Shown: positions 53,930-63,966, counted from the first letter of the stretch. The stretch: DNA of 64,000 bases from Candidatus Micrarchaeia archaeon (GCA_041663445.1 JBAYMR010000008.1:662-64661); one strand, 5' to 3'. Notes: a model not told the origin generated them from the letters alone. Program-made: numbers and translations.

Positions 53930-54796
53930 TCATTCCAGCCGGAATCCATCCAGCCGCACGAACCCGTAGCCCTGCCCCAAAAGCCCTTTCACTGCCCCTT
54001 CCAGCGCCTCGGCGCCCTGCCATTCGGGCCTGTTCATGTGCATTATTATGATTGCGCCTGGCCGCGCGCCATGCAGGATATTCGCTTCCACTTCCGCCTT
54101 GCCTGCGCCTTTCTCGGCGTCGCCTGAAAGCACGCTGAAGTTCACCGCCTCGAACCCGAGCGCGGCGATTATCGCCACGGATGTTTCGTCATAATATGCG
54201 GTGCCGGAACGGTAGCGCATCGGCGCCCGCCCGGTAAGCGACTCGATTTTCCGCGCGTTCATCTCGACTTCATCCACAAGCTCCGCCGGGCTTGCCGTTC
54301 CTGTTGCGCCATGCGCGATTGCCCCGCTGACCGACGCTGGCTTGTGGCGCATGCCGTGATTCTCAATCTCTATCAGCGGGCATGCCGCAAGCTCCCTGAA
54401 AATCCCCGGGTTTGCGTCAATCCACCTGCCGCTTGCGAAAACCGTGGCGGGAATGCCGTTGCGTTTGAGGAATTCGAACATTTCCCTGTCGAAGCCGTTG
54501 CCTTTCCCTTCCTTCTTCGCCGACCCGCACAAGTCGAACGTGAGCGCAACCACTTTCTCGCCCGTGGCGAGCCTGCGCTTCACGCCCGGCACGAATTCCG
54601 CGAACTTTCCGGGCGCCACCCCTGAATATCTGCGCACCACGCTTTGGCAAAGCGAATCGCGCGTGATTGCGGCGGTTTCGCAAAGCGGCTTGGCAAAGCG
54701 CAGGGGAAAGGGGCGTTCGCCGGGGGATGGCAGGGCGAATAGCGAGGCTGACAGCAGGAGAGGCAGGACGGTCTTCCCAAATTTTCCGGCGTTCAT
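53930..54796 (-). CDS. Secreted polysaccharide deacetylase (NodB homology domain, CE4)
   Basis: Signal-like N-terminus, then VALTFDLCG...ATVFASGRW...IENHGMRH...RYRSGTAYY. Confidence 0.85.
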   Translation of the reverse strand: MNAGKFGKTVLPLLLSASLFALPSPGERPFPLRFAKPLCETAAITRDSLCQSVVRRYSGVAPGKFAEFVPGVKRRLATGEKVVALTFDLCGSAKKEGKGNGFDREMFEFLKRNGIPATVFASGRWIDANPGIFRELAACPLIEIENHGMRHKPASVSGAIAHGATGTASPAELVDEVEMNARKIESLTGRAPMRYRSGTAYYDETSVAIIAALGFEAVNFSVLSGDAEKGAGKAEVEANILHGARPGAIIIMHMNRPEWQGAEALEGAVKGLLGQGYGFVRLDGFRLE

Positions 54797-54881
54797 TTCC
54801 CCACCGCGCGTGCGCGCGCATTTTATGTTGTCTTTTATGTAAATAGATGCTTATAAATTTATGCCAGCATATTTTCCCCTT

Positions 54882-56015
54882 ATGAAAAACCTGCTGAGAG
54901 CCAACGGCATAATGATGCTTGCTGGGGGAACGGAAAAAATCCGCTGCCATGTCAATACCCCCGATTCGCAGAAAAAGCTTTTCCGCCGCTACGGGAAAGC
55001 GGCGCCCCACCAGCGCAAGGAGCTCGCGAAGCAGCAGCGTTTCTACCATGCGCTGCACGGGAAAGCGATGGATGTTGTCTGGGCAAAAATGCGGAACGAG
55101 AACGATGAAAGGAAGAACGGCGCCGAGCCGGCTGGCAATGCCAAAAGGAAAGGCAATGCGGAATGGAATGACCATTTTGAACGGATGGGCAATGCCGGGC
55201 AAAACTGCGGCAGCTGGAGCGAATTTTTCACCGACCCCCGCATTGATGACACCGGGAAATACAACGGCGTAAATTGCAAGTTCCTGGGGCACATCTCCAA
55301 GTTCATGAAAAAGCCGATGGTAACCGACATCTTCGCTGTTCGCCGCAAAATGTGGGCAATCGCGCTCAAAATGAAGGACGGCAGCATTCCGGCGAGCGCC
55401 GAAAAGACATTCAACCAGCTCATGCAGCTTTCCATCCGCGTCAAGCACTGGCTGCTTGAGGACAAGATAACGCTTTACTACAAGGAAGTGGATGGCAAAA
55501 AGATACTCGGCTTTGATTTTGTGAACCATGACGGCTCAAAAGGCGGCTTTGTCAATGCGAAATGCCATTTCCACGGCGCAGGCAGGATATGGATATCCGA
55601 AAAAAGCCTGGTGCTTGGCGAAGCGGTATTCGCGGGCAATGTTACGCTGCGCTGCTCCACAATCCATAGCGGCCGTTTCGAGGATGTTGATGCCTATGCT
55701 TCGGTGTTTTCAACAATAGATGCGCACGCCTGCAAATTCGACCATGTAATTTGCCACGAGGTTTATCTTACGGATTCGAATTTTGACCATTGCACTGTCA
55801 AGAGGTCCACCCTTGCAAGATGCTCCGGGGACAATTCCGTTATCCTGGACACAAAAGACCACGACAAGAAGTTCAGGGATGTAACCCGGGAGTGGAATCA
55901 GGTCAGCGCACGCCCCCCTCGGAAACTTTTCCGGTCTTTACAGGGGCGCCCGCCACAAGCAGCTTCCTGCCATTCGCAAGCGCATGGAAATCCTTCACTT
56001 CCAGCTTCACAGTGA
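54882..56015 (+). CDS. Orphan hypothetical protein. Its last 113 nt overlap the 3' end of metG on the opposite strand.
   Basis: AT-richer ORF with a plausible amino acid composition. TATA-like GCTTATAAATTT (54849-54860) lies about 27 nt before the ATG at 54882. The C-terminal third has a repetitive short-strand pattern (VLGEAVFAGNVTLRCSTIHSGRFEDVDAYASVFSTIDAHACKFDHVICHEVYLTDSNFDHCTVKRSTL). No family recognised. Confidence 0.55.
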   Translation: MKNLLRANGIMMLAGGTEKIRCHVNTPDSQKKLFRRYGKAAPHQRKELAKQQRFYHALHGKAMDVVWAKMRNENDERKNGAEPAGNAKRKGNAEWNDHFERMGNAGQNCGSWSEFFTDPRIDDTGKYNGVNCKFLGHISKFMKKPMVTDIFAVRRKMWAIALKMKDGSIPASAEKTFNQLMQLSIRVKHWLLEDKITLYYKEVDGKKILGFDFVNHDGSKGGFVNAKCHFHGAGRIWISEKSLVLGEAVFAGNVTLRCSTIHSGRFEDVDAYASVFSTIDAHACKFDHVICHEVYLTDSNFDHCTVKRSTLARCSGDNSVILDTKDHDKKFRDVTREWNQVSARPPRKLFRSLQGRPPQAASCHSQAHGNPSLPASQ

Positions 56016-58107
56016 GGAACTGGCCAATCGTTATCATGGGCAGCGCTGCGGCGCTGCAAGAAGGGAGGGGAAATGCGGCTGGCTGCGATGGCGCAGGCGC
56101 ATTTGCGCCCGCCTCCTCTTCAATCGTCACTTTATCGCCGGGTTTTGCGCCCGCCGGCGAGAGCACTTCGAGCACGCCGTTTTTTTCAGCCGCGAGCAGC
56201 ATGCCTTGCGACTCCACCCCGCGCAGCACCGCGGGCTTGAGGTTTTTCACAATGACGACTGTCTTGCCGAGCAGCTCTTCCTCTTTCAGGAACGGCACCA
56301 GTCCCGAGACAATCTGCCTCTCGCCATCGCCCATCTGCACGGTTTCAACGTAAAGCTTCTCGGCGTTGGGGTGGCGGCGGATGGCGGTGATTTTGCCGAC
56401 TTCAAAGTCAATTGCTGATGCCGCAATCGGCTCGACAGGGGCCGGCGCGGGCTTGCTTGCCTGCTCTGGCTTTGCGCCTGCGGCGCCCTGCGCTTTGCCT
56501 GCGGGCTGCGCCGCCTTTTTTCCATCCGCTGCAGCCCCTTCTGTCTTTACCTGCTTGCCCGAAAACTTCTGCGCAAGCGCGTCAATCTGCTTCTGCTCCA
56601 GCTTCCTGAAAATGATTTCCGGCTTGCCGAGCTGGTGCCCGGCTGGCAGTGACAACTTTCCGATGTCGTCCCATTTCTTCGGCGCAATATTGAGCTGCCT
56701 GAAAATCTCCGCGCTGGTGTTCGGGATGAACGGCTCGAGCGCGATTGCCAAATCTTTCACCTGATGCAGCAGCACGTAGATGGAAGCTGCGCACTTCGCG
56801 CGGTCCTCCTTTGCGGCCTTCCACGGCTCGTTCTTTTGGAAATATGCATTCGCTTCCTTGCCGCAGTGCATTGCCAGGTGCAGCGCTTCCTTCAGCTGCA
56901 CTCTTTCAAGCAGGGCGCCGACCTCGGCAAGCTTTGCGTTCTGCGATTCCATGAACGTTTTGTCGTCGGCGCAGAACTCCGGGGACGGCACCTTGCCGCC
57001 AAACTCGCGCTGCGTGAAGACAAGCGTCCTGTTCACCAGGTTGCCTATGTTGGCGAGAAGTTCATTGTTGTTTGTTTCCACAAGGGTTTTCTCTGAGAAA
57101 TCCCCATCCTCGAACGTGGGCACCGCGCTCAAGAGACAGTACCTCAGCGGGTCAATTCCATATTTTTCAATTAGGTGATTCGGGTCGACGACGTTTCCCA
57201 GGGACTTGCTCATTTTCTGCCCTTCCACGGTTATGTAGCCATGAACAAACACCATTTTTGGAAGCGGCAAGCCGGCAGACAACAGCATGGCTGGCCAATA
57301 AACGGCATGGAACCTAAGTATCCCCTTGCCGATTACATGCGCATTTGCGGGCCAGAACTTTGCAAATGTCTTTTCGTCAGTGCCATAACCTATGCCTGTG
57401 ATGTACGTCCCAAGCGCGTCAAACCACACATACTCTATCTGCTCATGGTCTTCGGGAACAGGCACGCCCCAGCCCTTTGCACGTGCAACTGACCTTGAAA
57501 TACTGAAGTCCTTCAAGCCACCGCGCACGAAGCTGAGCACTTCGTTTTTGCGGGTTTCAGGGACTATTTTCAGTTCATCCGCCTCAATCAGCCTTTCAAG
57601 CTCGCTTTGATATTTTGACAGCCTGAAAAAATAATTTTCCTCCTCTATCTCTTCCGGCTTGGTCTTGTGCTCCGGGCACACCCCGTTCACCAGTTCATCC
57701 GGCTCATAAAAAGCCTCGCAGCCAACGCAGTAGAGCCCGCGGTATTTCTTTTTGTAGATGTCCCCCTTCTTGTCGCAAAGCTCCCAAATCCTCTGCACGC
57801 CCGGCCAGTGCTTTTCCCTGTCCGAAGTTCTTCTGAAGCTGGTGTAAGAAAGCCCGGCTTTCTTCGCTATGTCCTCGAAAATTGCCGAGTTCCTGCGGCA
57901 AAGCTCCTCCACGCTGACGCCCTGCTTCTCGGCAGCCTGCACATTTTTCAGGCTGTTCTCGTCAGCCCCAGTCACCAGCGCAACTTCCTTGCCTTGCAGA
58001 CTCTGGTATCTTGCAATCGCATCCGTCTGGATGAATTCCAGCACATGCCCCAAATGCGGTGCTGCGTTCACATATGGGATGGCGGTTGTAATGTAAAATC
58101 TTTCCAC
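55903..58107 (-). CDS. metG: Methionyl-tRNA synthetase with a C-terminal tRNA-binding (Trbp111/EMAPII-like) domain
   Basis: AIPYVNAAPHLGH (HIGH), KMSKS, zinc knuckle CVGCEAF..CPEH, an Ala/Lys/Pro linker, and an OB-fold tail. Confidence 0.95.
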   Translation of the reverse strand: MERFYITTAIPYVNAAPHLGHVLEFIQTDAIARYQSLQGKEVALVTGADENSLKNVQAAEKQGVSVEELCRRNSAIFEDIAKKAGLSYTSFRRTSDREKHWPGVQRIWELCDKKGDIYKKKYRGLYCVGCEAFYEPDELVNGVCPEHKTKPEEIEEENYFFRLSKYQSELERLIEADELKIVPETRKNEVLSFVRGGLKDFSISRSVARAKGWGVPVPEDHEQIEYVWFDALGTYITGIGYGTDEKTFAKFWPANAHVIGKGILRFHAVYWPAMLLSAGLPLPKMVFVHGYITVEGQKMSKSLGNVVDPNHLIEKYGIDPLRYCLLSAVPTFEDGDFSEKTLVETNNNELLANIGNLVNRTLVFTQREFGGKVPSPEFCADDKTFMESQNAKLAEVGALLERVQLKEALHLAMHCGKEANAYFQKNEPWKAAKEDRAKCAASIYVLLHQVKDLAIALEPFIPNTSAEIFRQLNIAPKKWDDIGKLSLPAGHQLGKPEIIFRKLEQKQIDALAQKFSGKQVKTEGAAADGKKAAQPAGKAQGAAGAKPEQASKPAPAPVEPIAASAIDFEVGKITAIRRHPNAEKLYVETVQMGDGERQIVSGLVPFLKEEELLGKTVVIVKNLKPAVLRGVESQGMLLAAEKNGVLEVLSPAGAKPGDKVTIEEEAGANAPAPSQPAAFPLPSCSAAALPMITIGQFLTVKLEVKDFHALANGRKLLVAGAPVKTGKVSEGGVR

Positions 58108-58112
58108 TTAAA

Positions 58113-59072
58113 TCACCTATATCTGTTCCTCAGATTGATATTTCTCAAAGCTTTCTTAATATCATCGATTCTTTTTTTGTGCCGCATATGCGGAAGCAGC
58201 ATGCTAAAGAGTTTCAGCAACTGCTCTTTTCCATTGATTTTTATGTGCCAATAAATGCTTCTCTGTTTGTAACCGCCCGCGACTGGATATTTTTTTCCAG
58301 CTTTATATAAATGAATTGAACTCACGCTGCGTTTCTCAAGCCCCGTTTTAATCAATTCAAGCAATTCGTGGTCATAATTCCCCAACGAATATGCCGCCTT
58401 GCCGTTGCTTATGAACACGCTCCCTTCGGCATCGGTAAAACCTGCAAGGAACGGGGCAAATGCATCCCCTTCCAAAGCCCACGCCACATTATCCCTGCCA
58501 TTCAAGAGAAAGAGAAAGGAATCGTCTAAAAAAGCTTCTATCTGCGTTTTTCCTAATCCGGTTGGCGCACCAACCCAGACGTGCCCATATTTTGAAAATA
58601 ATTTGCGAATTAGGTTTATCTGATCTTTTTTTGTGCTTCCGCAGTCAATCTTAATGGTTTTGCTATTCCGCCCTATCTTTCTTACCCTTAAATCTCCAAT
58701 GGCAAATCCCAGCATATATGCCATTTCAGACCGATCTCCCGAAAAATGGCGTCTGGCGTATTTTATGTGCGCAGTTGAAATGTCTCTTGTCAGCCCCATT
58801 TTTGCAAGTTTTCTATGGATGGTTGACCTTCCACAACCCAGCAAATCGGCTATTTTCCACGTAGACATCTTTTTGCTGATGTACAGCGCCCTAAGCTCAT
58901 CGTCGGTTAAATTCAGTTTGGGGCGCCCGGGCTCGCGTACCCTTATTTTTGCCATTTTTAACCGTTTTAAGACTGTAGCCTTGCAGCACCCGTGCATTTT
59001 TGCGATATCTCCGCTGCTCATTCTCTTGTTGACATACAAGTCTAAGATTTTATTCATCGGTATCCTTTGCAC
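58113..59072 (-). CDS. Free-standing LAGLIDADG-family protein with two N-terminal HTH modules
   Basis: Two LAGLIDADG motifs, LGFAIGDLRV and LAGFTDAEGSV, about 95 aa apart. Two HTH-like repeats (SSGDIAKMHGCCKATVLKRLK; STWKIADLLGCGRSTIHRKL). About 37% GC in sampled lines. It ends 5 nt before the metG start. Confidence 0.85.
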   Translation of the reverse strand: MQRIPMNKILDLYVNKRMSSGDIAKMHGCCKATVLKRLKMAKIRVREPGRPKLNLTDDELRALYISKKMSTWKIADLLGCGRSTIHRKLAKMGLTRDISTAHIKYARRHFSGDRSEMAYMLGFAIGDLRVRKIGRNSKTIKIDCGSTKKDQINLIRKLFSKYGHVWVGAPTGLGKTQIEAFLDDSFLFLLNGRDNVAWALEGDAFAPFLAGFTDAEGSVFISNGKAAYSLGNYDHELLELIKTGLEKRSVSSIHLYKAGKKYPVAGGYKQRSIYWHIKINGKEQLLKLFSMLLPHMRHKKRIDDIKKALRNINLRNRYR

Positions 59073-59174
59073 GCCTTCATTTCACCAGAAAAATTTTTAA
59101 ACAAATGGTGCGGCAGACCAATCAGGATGAAAATACGGTTCAGGGTATTTTCGCCGGTGCATCGGATGGGAAAG

Positions 59175-59185
59175 CTATTTATATC
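59175..59185 (+). promoter_or_regulatory. TATA-box-like CTATTTATATC upstream of mcm
   Basis: About 50 nt upstream of the ATG at 59235. Judged by position and sequence only. Confidence 0.35.
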
Positions 59186-59234
59186 ATTTCCCACCCTAAG
59201 GGTGTCCCGAGTGGTCGGGCGGGCGTGTGGGCCT

Positions 59235-61316
59235 ATGCCATCAGACGTTGACATTTCATCTTACGTGGAAAGATTCGAGTCGTTTTACTCAGACGCACAG
59301 CGGGAAAGGATAAACAAGCTTCTTACCGAGTACCCCGCGCAGAAAAGCCTGCTCATAGACTACGAAGACCTTGAAAAATACGACCGCGAGCTTGCGGACA
59401 TACTGGTGAAGCAGCCCGACACGCTGATAAACGCCGCCGAGCTTGCGCTCGTCCAGTCGCAGGAAGTGGTTTTCAGGAATGCGCAGCCGGACATCGCGTT
59501 CGAGCCGCATGTGCGCTTCTTCAACCTGCCCGACAACGGATTGCTCATACAGGACATAAGCTCGCGCAACATACGCGAGCTTGTCTCGGTGAAGGGCACG
59601 GTGACAAAGCGCGGCCCCATCCTCCACAAGGTGAAGGTCGCGGTCTACAAGTGCCAGATGTGCGACGCCACCACCAAGGTGCCCATGACCAAGAACGCCG
59701 CGGTGCCGCAGGTCTGCAGCGAGTGCAAGCGCCGCGCGCTCAAGCTCGAGGAGGACGACTCGTATTTCGTGGACGTGCAGAAAGCCGAGGCGCAGGAGCT
59801 CCTGGAGCGCCTGTCGGGCGGCTCGCCCGCCGCGACCATCACGCTTTGGATGGAGGACGACCTCGTGAACAAGGTAACGCCCGGCGACACCATCGAGATA
59901 ACCGGCGTGATGAGGCTCATCCCCCCGGTAAAGCCGCGCACCGGCGCCAGCGAGGGCACGCAGATATACACCCGTTACATCGACGTGGTCTATGCGAAAA
60001 AGACGCAGAAGGACTTCGAGGAAATCGAGACCACCAAGGAGGACGAGGCGCTAATACGCGAGCTTGCGACGGACCCGAAAATCTACGAGAGAATGTACGA
60101 GTCGGTTGCGCAGGGCATCTACGGGCACAGCGAGGTGAAGGAGGCGCTCACGCTCCAGCTTTTCGGCGGCACAAAGGACAAGTTCATCCCGGGCGGCGCG
60201 CCAATCAGGAACGACATCCACATCCTTCTCATCGGCGACCCGGGGTCGGCAAAGACCCGTTTCCTGCAATACGTGAAGGACCTGGCGCCAAAAGGCATAT
60301 TCGTGTCCGGCAAGTCCGTGACAGGCGTGGGATTGACTGCGTCCGCGGAAAAGGACGACCTGGGCGACGGCGGCTGGACCCTGAAGGCCGGCGCGCTGGT
60401 CATCGCATCAGGAGGCATCGCCTCGGTGGACGAATTCGACAAGATAGACGAGAACGAGCGCGCCGCGATGCACGAAGTGATGGAAAGCCAGACGGTGAGC
60501 GTCGCCAAGGCGGGCATTGTCGCGCAATTCAAGGCAAAGACATCCATCCTCGCGGCGGCAAACCCGAAGTTCGGGCGGTTCGACCCCAACCAGCTCCCCG
60601 GGAAGCAGTTCGACATCCCGCCGACAATCCTTTCGAGGTTTGACCTGATTTTCCCGATTATTGACGTCATGGACGAGACCAAGGACGCCGCGCTTGCGGA
60701 TTTCATGCTGAAAACGCACCGCGCCGGCTCGGAGTCTGCCGACAAGGCAAAGGTTGACCCGAACATCATCCCCAAGTCGCTCCTGAGGAAGTACATTTCC
60801 TACGCGCGCCAGAATTTCCGCCCGCGCCTCACCGACGAGGCGATGAAGAAGATAAAGACATTCTACGTGGAACTGCGCAAAATGGGCAAGGCCGAGGGGG
60901 CAGTGCCAATCACGCCGAGGCAAATCGAAGGGCTGGTGAGGCTGTCCGAGGCATCCGCCAAGCTCCGGCTTTCCGAGTCCGTGGATGAAGCCGACGCCGA
61001 CCGCGCCATCCGCCTGACGCAATACGTGCTTGAGAAGGTGAGCCGAGACAGGGAAACCGGGAAGCTTGACATTGACATCATCACAACCGGCAAGCCGAAG
61101 AGCCAGGTTGACAAGATAAACGCGATAATGGGCATTGCCATGCGCATACAGACGCAGCTGGGCGCCATCGAGGTGGCGCGCCTTGTCGGGCAGGCAACCG
61201 ACGAGGGCATTGCCGACGAAATGACCGTGCATCGCATCGTGGACGACCTGATTTACAAGGGCGAGCTCTACAAGATAAAGCCGGGGTTCGTCAAAATCGT
61301 CAACCAGGTCGGCTAG
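59235..61316 (+). CDS. mcm: MCM replicative helicase (no intein)
   Basis: Zinc motif CQMCD...CSECK, Walker A LLIGDPGSAKT, Walker B ASVDEFDK, arginine finger SRFDL, C-terminal wHTH; 693 aa from the ATG at 59235. Confidence 0.95.
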   Translation: MPSDVDISSYVERFESFYSDAQRERINKLLTEYPAQKSLLIDYEDLEKYDRELADILVKQPDTLINAAELALVQSQEVVFRNAQPDIAFEPHVRFFNLPDNGLLIQDISSRNIRELVSVKGTVTKRGPILHKVKVAVYKCQMCDATTKVPMTKNAAVPQVCSECKRRALKLEEDDSYFVDVQKAEAQELLERLSGGSPAATITLWMEDDLVNKVTPGDTIEITGVMRLIPPVKPRTGASEGTQIYTRYIDVVYAKKTQKDFEEIETTKEDEALIRELATDPKIYERMYESVAQGIYGHSEVKEALTLQLFGGTKDKFIPGGAPIRNDIHILLIGDPGSAKTRFLQYVKDLAPKGIFVSGKSVTGVGLTASAEKDDLGDGGWTLKAGALVIASGGIASVDEFDKIDENERAAMHEVMESQTVSVAKAGIVAQFKAKTSILAAANPKFGRFDPNQLPGKQFDIPPTILSRFDLIFPIIDVMDETKDAALADFMLKTHRAGSESADKAKVDPNIIPKSLLRKYISYARQNFRPRLTDEAMKKIKTFYVELRKMGKAEGAVPITPRQIEGLVRLSEASAKLRLSESVDEADADRAIRLTQYVLEKVSRDRETGKLDIDIITTGKPKSQVDKINAIMGIAMRIQTQLGAIEVARLVGQATDEGIADEMTVHRIVDDLIYKGELYKIKPGFVKIVNQVG

Positions 61317-61395
61317 GCAAGCGGCATTGCGGTTTTCGTCGGGCAGAAGGCAAGCTTTATAAACAGCTTAACACTAATTACAACTAGTGTGCCAT

Positions 61396-63882
61396 ATGAT
61401 GCGGAATATACACTTTGCAGCCGGAACATCTTCATTGCCCTCAGATGGCTTCGGAACAAAAAAACCAATGACAGGCGGCGCTGCCCTGGGCAGCGTTGCT
61501 TCCCGCACAACCGCGTCGCTTTTCCCGAAATCATACCCGTTCATACGCGTTTTCACTGCCTACAAGGAAAAGCTGCTGCTCGAGGTTGCGCGCGAGATGT
61601 CGCGCACGTTCCTCGAATCCGGCAAGCTGCCTGCAAACGACCTGAAAGTCATCCTCATGCCCACCCACGGCAAGAAAACCAGCTTCATTTTCCCTTCAAT
61701 ATACCACGACGACATCCTCGGCATCAAGCTCATAGAGGGGCAGAAGGACGGGCAGCCCCTCACAATCGCCTCCATGCGGCTCAAAAAATCATCGTCCGCC
61801 GCGCAGAAAGGGATAATGCTCGAAGGCGGCGCCCCGATTCTCTCAGTTGAAATACACGACGACACCCTGGATAACGTGGATGCCGCCCTGAAACTCGCCG
61901 CGAAGCACGCCACTCCCGCGCAGGCGGAAACCCTTGCAAGAATACGCTATTACTCGGACATCGAAAGGGCCGGCAGGGAAAAGATGCTCCTCGAGGCGTG
62001 CGGCCAAAACGCCGACAAGGTGAAGCAGGCGAAAGGCATCATTGCCAAGATAGGGGAGCTGTCGCAGAAGCTCGAAAGCGAGAAATCCAAAATCGGCGCA
62101 TCGCTCTTCAACTATTCCGGCAAGGCAGACCTCGGCTCGCTCGTATGGGCTGCCGAAAGCTGGCCCTTCTACGGCGACCAGCAGGAATCGAAGGCGTTTT
62201 TCGAGTCGCTTTCCCCGGAGTCGCAGGCGTACCTTGGGAAATGGTCCCGCACTTACGCGCTTGAGACGCTCCCAAAGGTCTTCGGCGTTTCCCTCCTTGA
62301 GCACACCGCGCTTGACTCCATGAGCTACATCCAAAGCATGCTCAGGCTCATCCATTCGAACGCAACGCCGTTCAAGGAGACCGCGCTTCTTGAAAAGATA
62401 AGCCAGTTCGACGACGAGTTCGTCCAGCTCGCGGAAATCGTGCGGGGCGTGTCAAAGGAACAGGACGAGCTCATGCTCAGCATATCCGCAGAGGACAGCG
62501 GGCGCTGGTTTTCCAAGCTTTGCAGCCTGGGCGGGAAAAGGAAGAAAATGCTCTCCATGCTGCAGAGGCTCGAGGGCATTGTGGGCTGCATTGACCATGT
62601 TCCGCCGTATTCCGAGCACATAAAGAAAATGCTCTCCAACATGGGTGTCAACCTGTGCAGGATAAGCGGCGAGGAGGCCGACTTATGGGCATCTGCCCTC
62701 CTGCACATCGAAAAGGATTTCAAGTCCGACTCATTTGCCAAAAATTCGCACCTGGCGCACGTTCCGAAAGGCATGCGCAACTTCATAAAGGCCGCAAAAA
62801 ACGAGGCCAAGGCATCCGGCCTGGCAAGCCTGCGCACGGACATCAAGGCGGACAGGGACAGGTTCAAGAAGATAAAAGCAAGCATAGACAAGGGGATAAT
62901 TTTGCAGCTGAACGCGCTTAACGGCATCTCGCCGGTGCTTACGGATATCATCCAAACCGACATGAACCGCGCAAAATCGCACATCGGCTACAAGCAGGGC
63001 GAGCGCCTGTCGCCGTCCATAATGAACCATGTCACCCGGCTGAGGATTGCGGAGGGGCTCGCGCAGGGCGCCACCGGGGAGAAAAAAGCGGAATATGCTG
63101 CGCTCACGGAGAAATACCTGCTTGAGACTGCGGAACTTTTTGCCGCGCTTTGGGGCGACAAGGACGTGCAGACGGACATGGCGCGCATAATGAAGCCCGC
63201 ACGGCACATACAGACCAAGGCGTTCGACATAGTCGGCGACCCGCAGAAGCACATCGCCGAAGGCAATACCCACACCGAAATAGTGGCGCGGTACGAGTTC
63301 TACAGCGAAGGCGGCCAAAAATACCTTGGCCTGTCGTTCGAGGGCATGCGCTGCAGCATACCGATAAACACCGACCAACTCTATGACGCGGGGCATGTCC
63401 ACGCCTCCGAGGTGGAATCCCAGAAACAGCTCATACAGGACGTTTATGGCAAGGAGCGCAGCCTCCAGGAAATTGTCCCGGAATACCGCGATGGCGTGCC
63501 TCCGTCCGAATTTTTCCGCAAGCTCTACGGCGTGGCAACAAACGATGCTGGCTGGTTCAACAGGACAAGGGACATTTTCCTCAGCACCAACTACGATACG
63601 CCCCAGGTCCTTTCAAGCCTGAGCAAGCTGAGCCGCAACAGCGGAGTCGCAGTCAGTTTTGGCGGCAGGATTATCGAGAACAAGGCGCTCAAAATAGACC
63701 CTGGCGCGGCAAACGAGCTTAAGGAATTCGTCAACTCGGCATATCCGGGCGGATATGAAGAGGGATATTCGGGCGTCATGAGATTTGCATACCAGCAGAT
63801 TGCGCGCCGCATGGTCTGGAGCCTTACAATCAACAAGCCCTATCTCATGGGGCAGATGATTAAGTCCGCCATGCAGCAGTGA
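61396..63882 (+). CDS. Orphan large hypothetical protein (about 828 aa), apparently cytoplasmic and helix-rich
   Basis: Long clean ORF with the core GC and codon look. TATA-like CTTTATAAAC (61355-61364) lies about 36 nt upstream of the ATG at 61396. I recognise no motif. The antisense ORFs on it look like shadows. Confidence 0.7.
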   Translation: MMRNIHFAAGTSSLPSDGFGTKKPMTGGAALGSVASRTTASLFPKSYPFIRVFTAYKEKLLLEVAREMSRTFLESGKLPANDLKVILMPTHGKKTSFIFPSIYHDDILGIKLIEGQKDGQPLTIASMRLKKSSSAAQKGIMLEGGAPILSVEIHDDTLDNVDAALKLAAKHATPAQAETLARIRYYSDIERAGREKMLLEACGQNADKVKQAKGIIAKIGELSQKLESEKSKIGASLFNYSGKADLGSLVWAAESWPFYGDQQESKAFFESLSPESQAYLGKWSRTYALETLPKVFGVSLLEHTALDSMSYIQSMLRLIHSNATPFKETALLEKISQFDDEFVQLAEIVRGVSKEQDELMLSISAEDSGRWFSKLCSLGGKRKKMLSMLQRLEGIVGCIDHVPPYSEHIKKMLSNMGVNLCRISGEEADLWASALLHIEKDFKSDSFAKNSHLAHVPKGMRNFIKAAKNEAKASGLASLRTDIKADRDRFKKIKASIDKGIILQLNALNGISPVLTDIIQTDMNRAKSHIGYKQGERLSPSIMNHVTRLRIAEGLAQGATGEKKAEYAALTEKYLLETAELFAALWGDKDVQTDMARIMKPARHIQTKAFDIVGDPQKHIAEGNTHTEIVARYEFYSEGGQKYLGLSFEGMRCSIPINTDQLYDAGHVHASEVESQKQLIQDVYGKERSLQEIVPEYRDGVPPSEFFRKLYGVATNDAGWFNRTRDIFLSTNYDTPQVLSSLSKLSRNSGVAVSFGGRIIENKALKIDPGAANELKEFVNSAYPGGYEEGYSGVMRFAYQQIARRMVWSLTINKPYLMGQMIKSAMQQ

Positions 63883-63966
63883 CGGCTTGCAAACCGTTTT
63901 AAACCAATTAGCTGCAATGTGTTAAACGTCTTCTAATGCCTTCAGTGGCAATCGTGGGGTGTGACA

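Noticed and set aside
54417-55529. A 370-aa minus-strand ORF spanning the deacetylase 5' region and the orphan gene.
   Set aside because: It overlaps two better-supported genes on both strands, crosses a promoter-like AT-rich spacer, and has an Arg/His-rich shadow composition.
59073-59234. A replication origin next to mcm.
   Set aside because: The spacer shows two divergent TATA-like boxes only. It has no repeated ORB-like elements and no long AT-rich unwinding stretch, and there is no orc1/cdc6 gene in the window.
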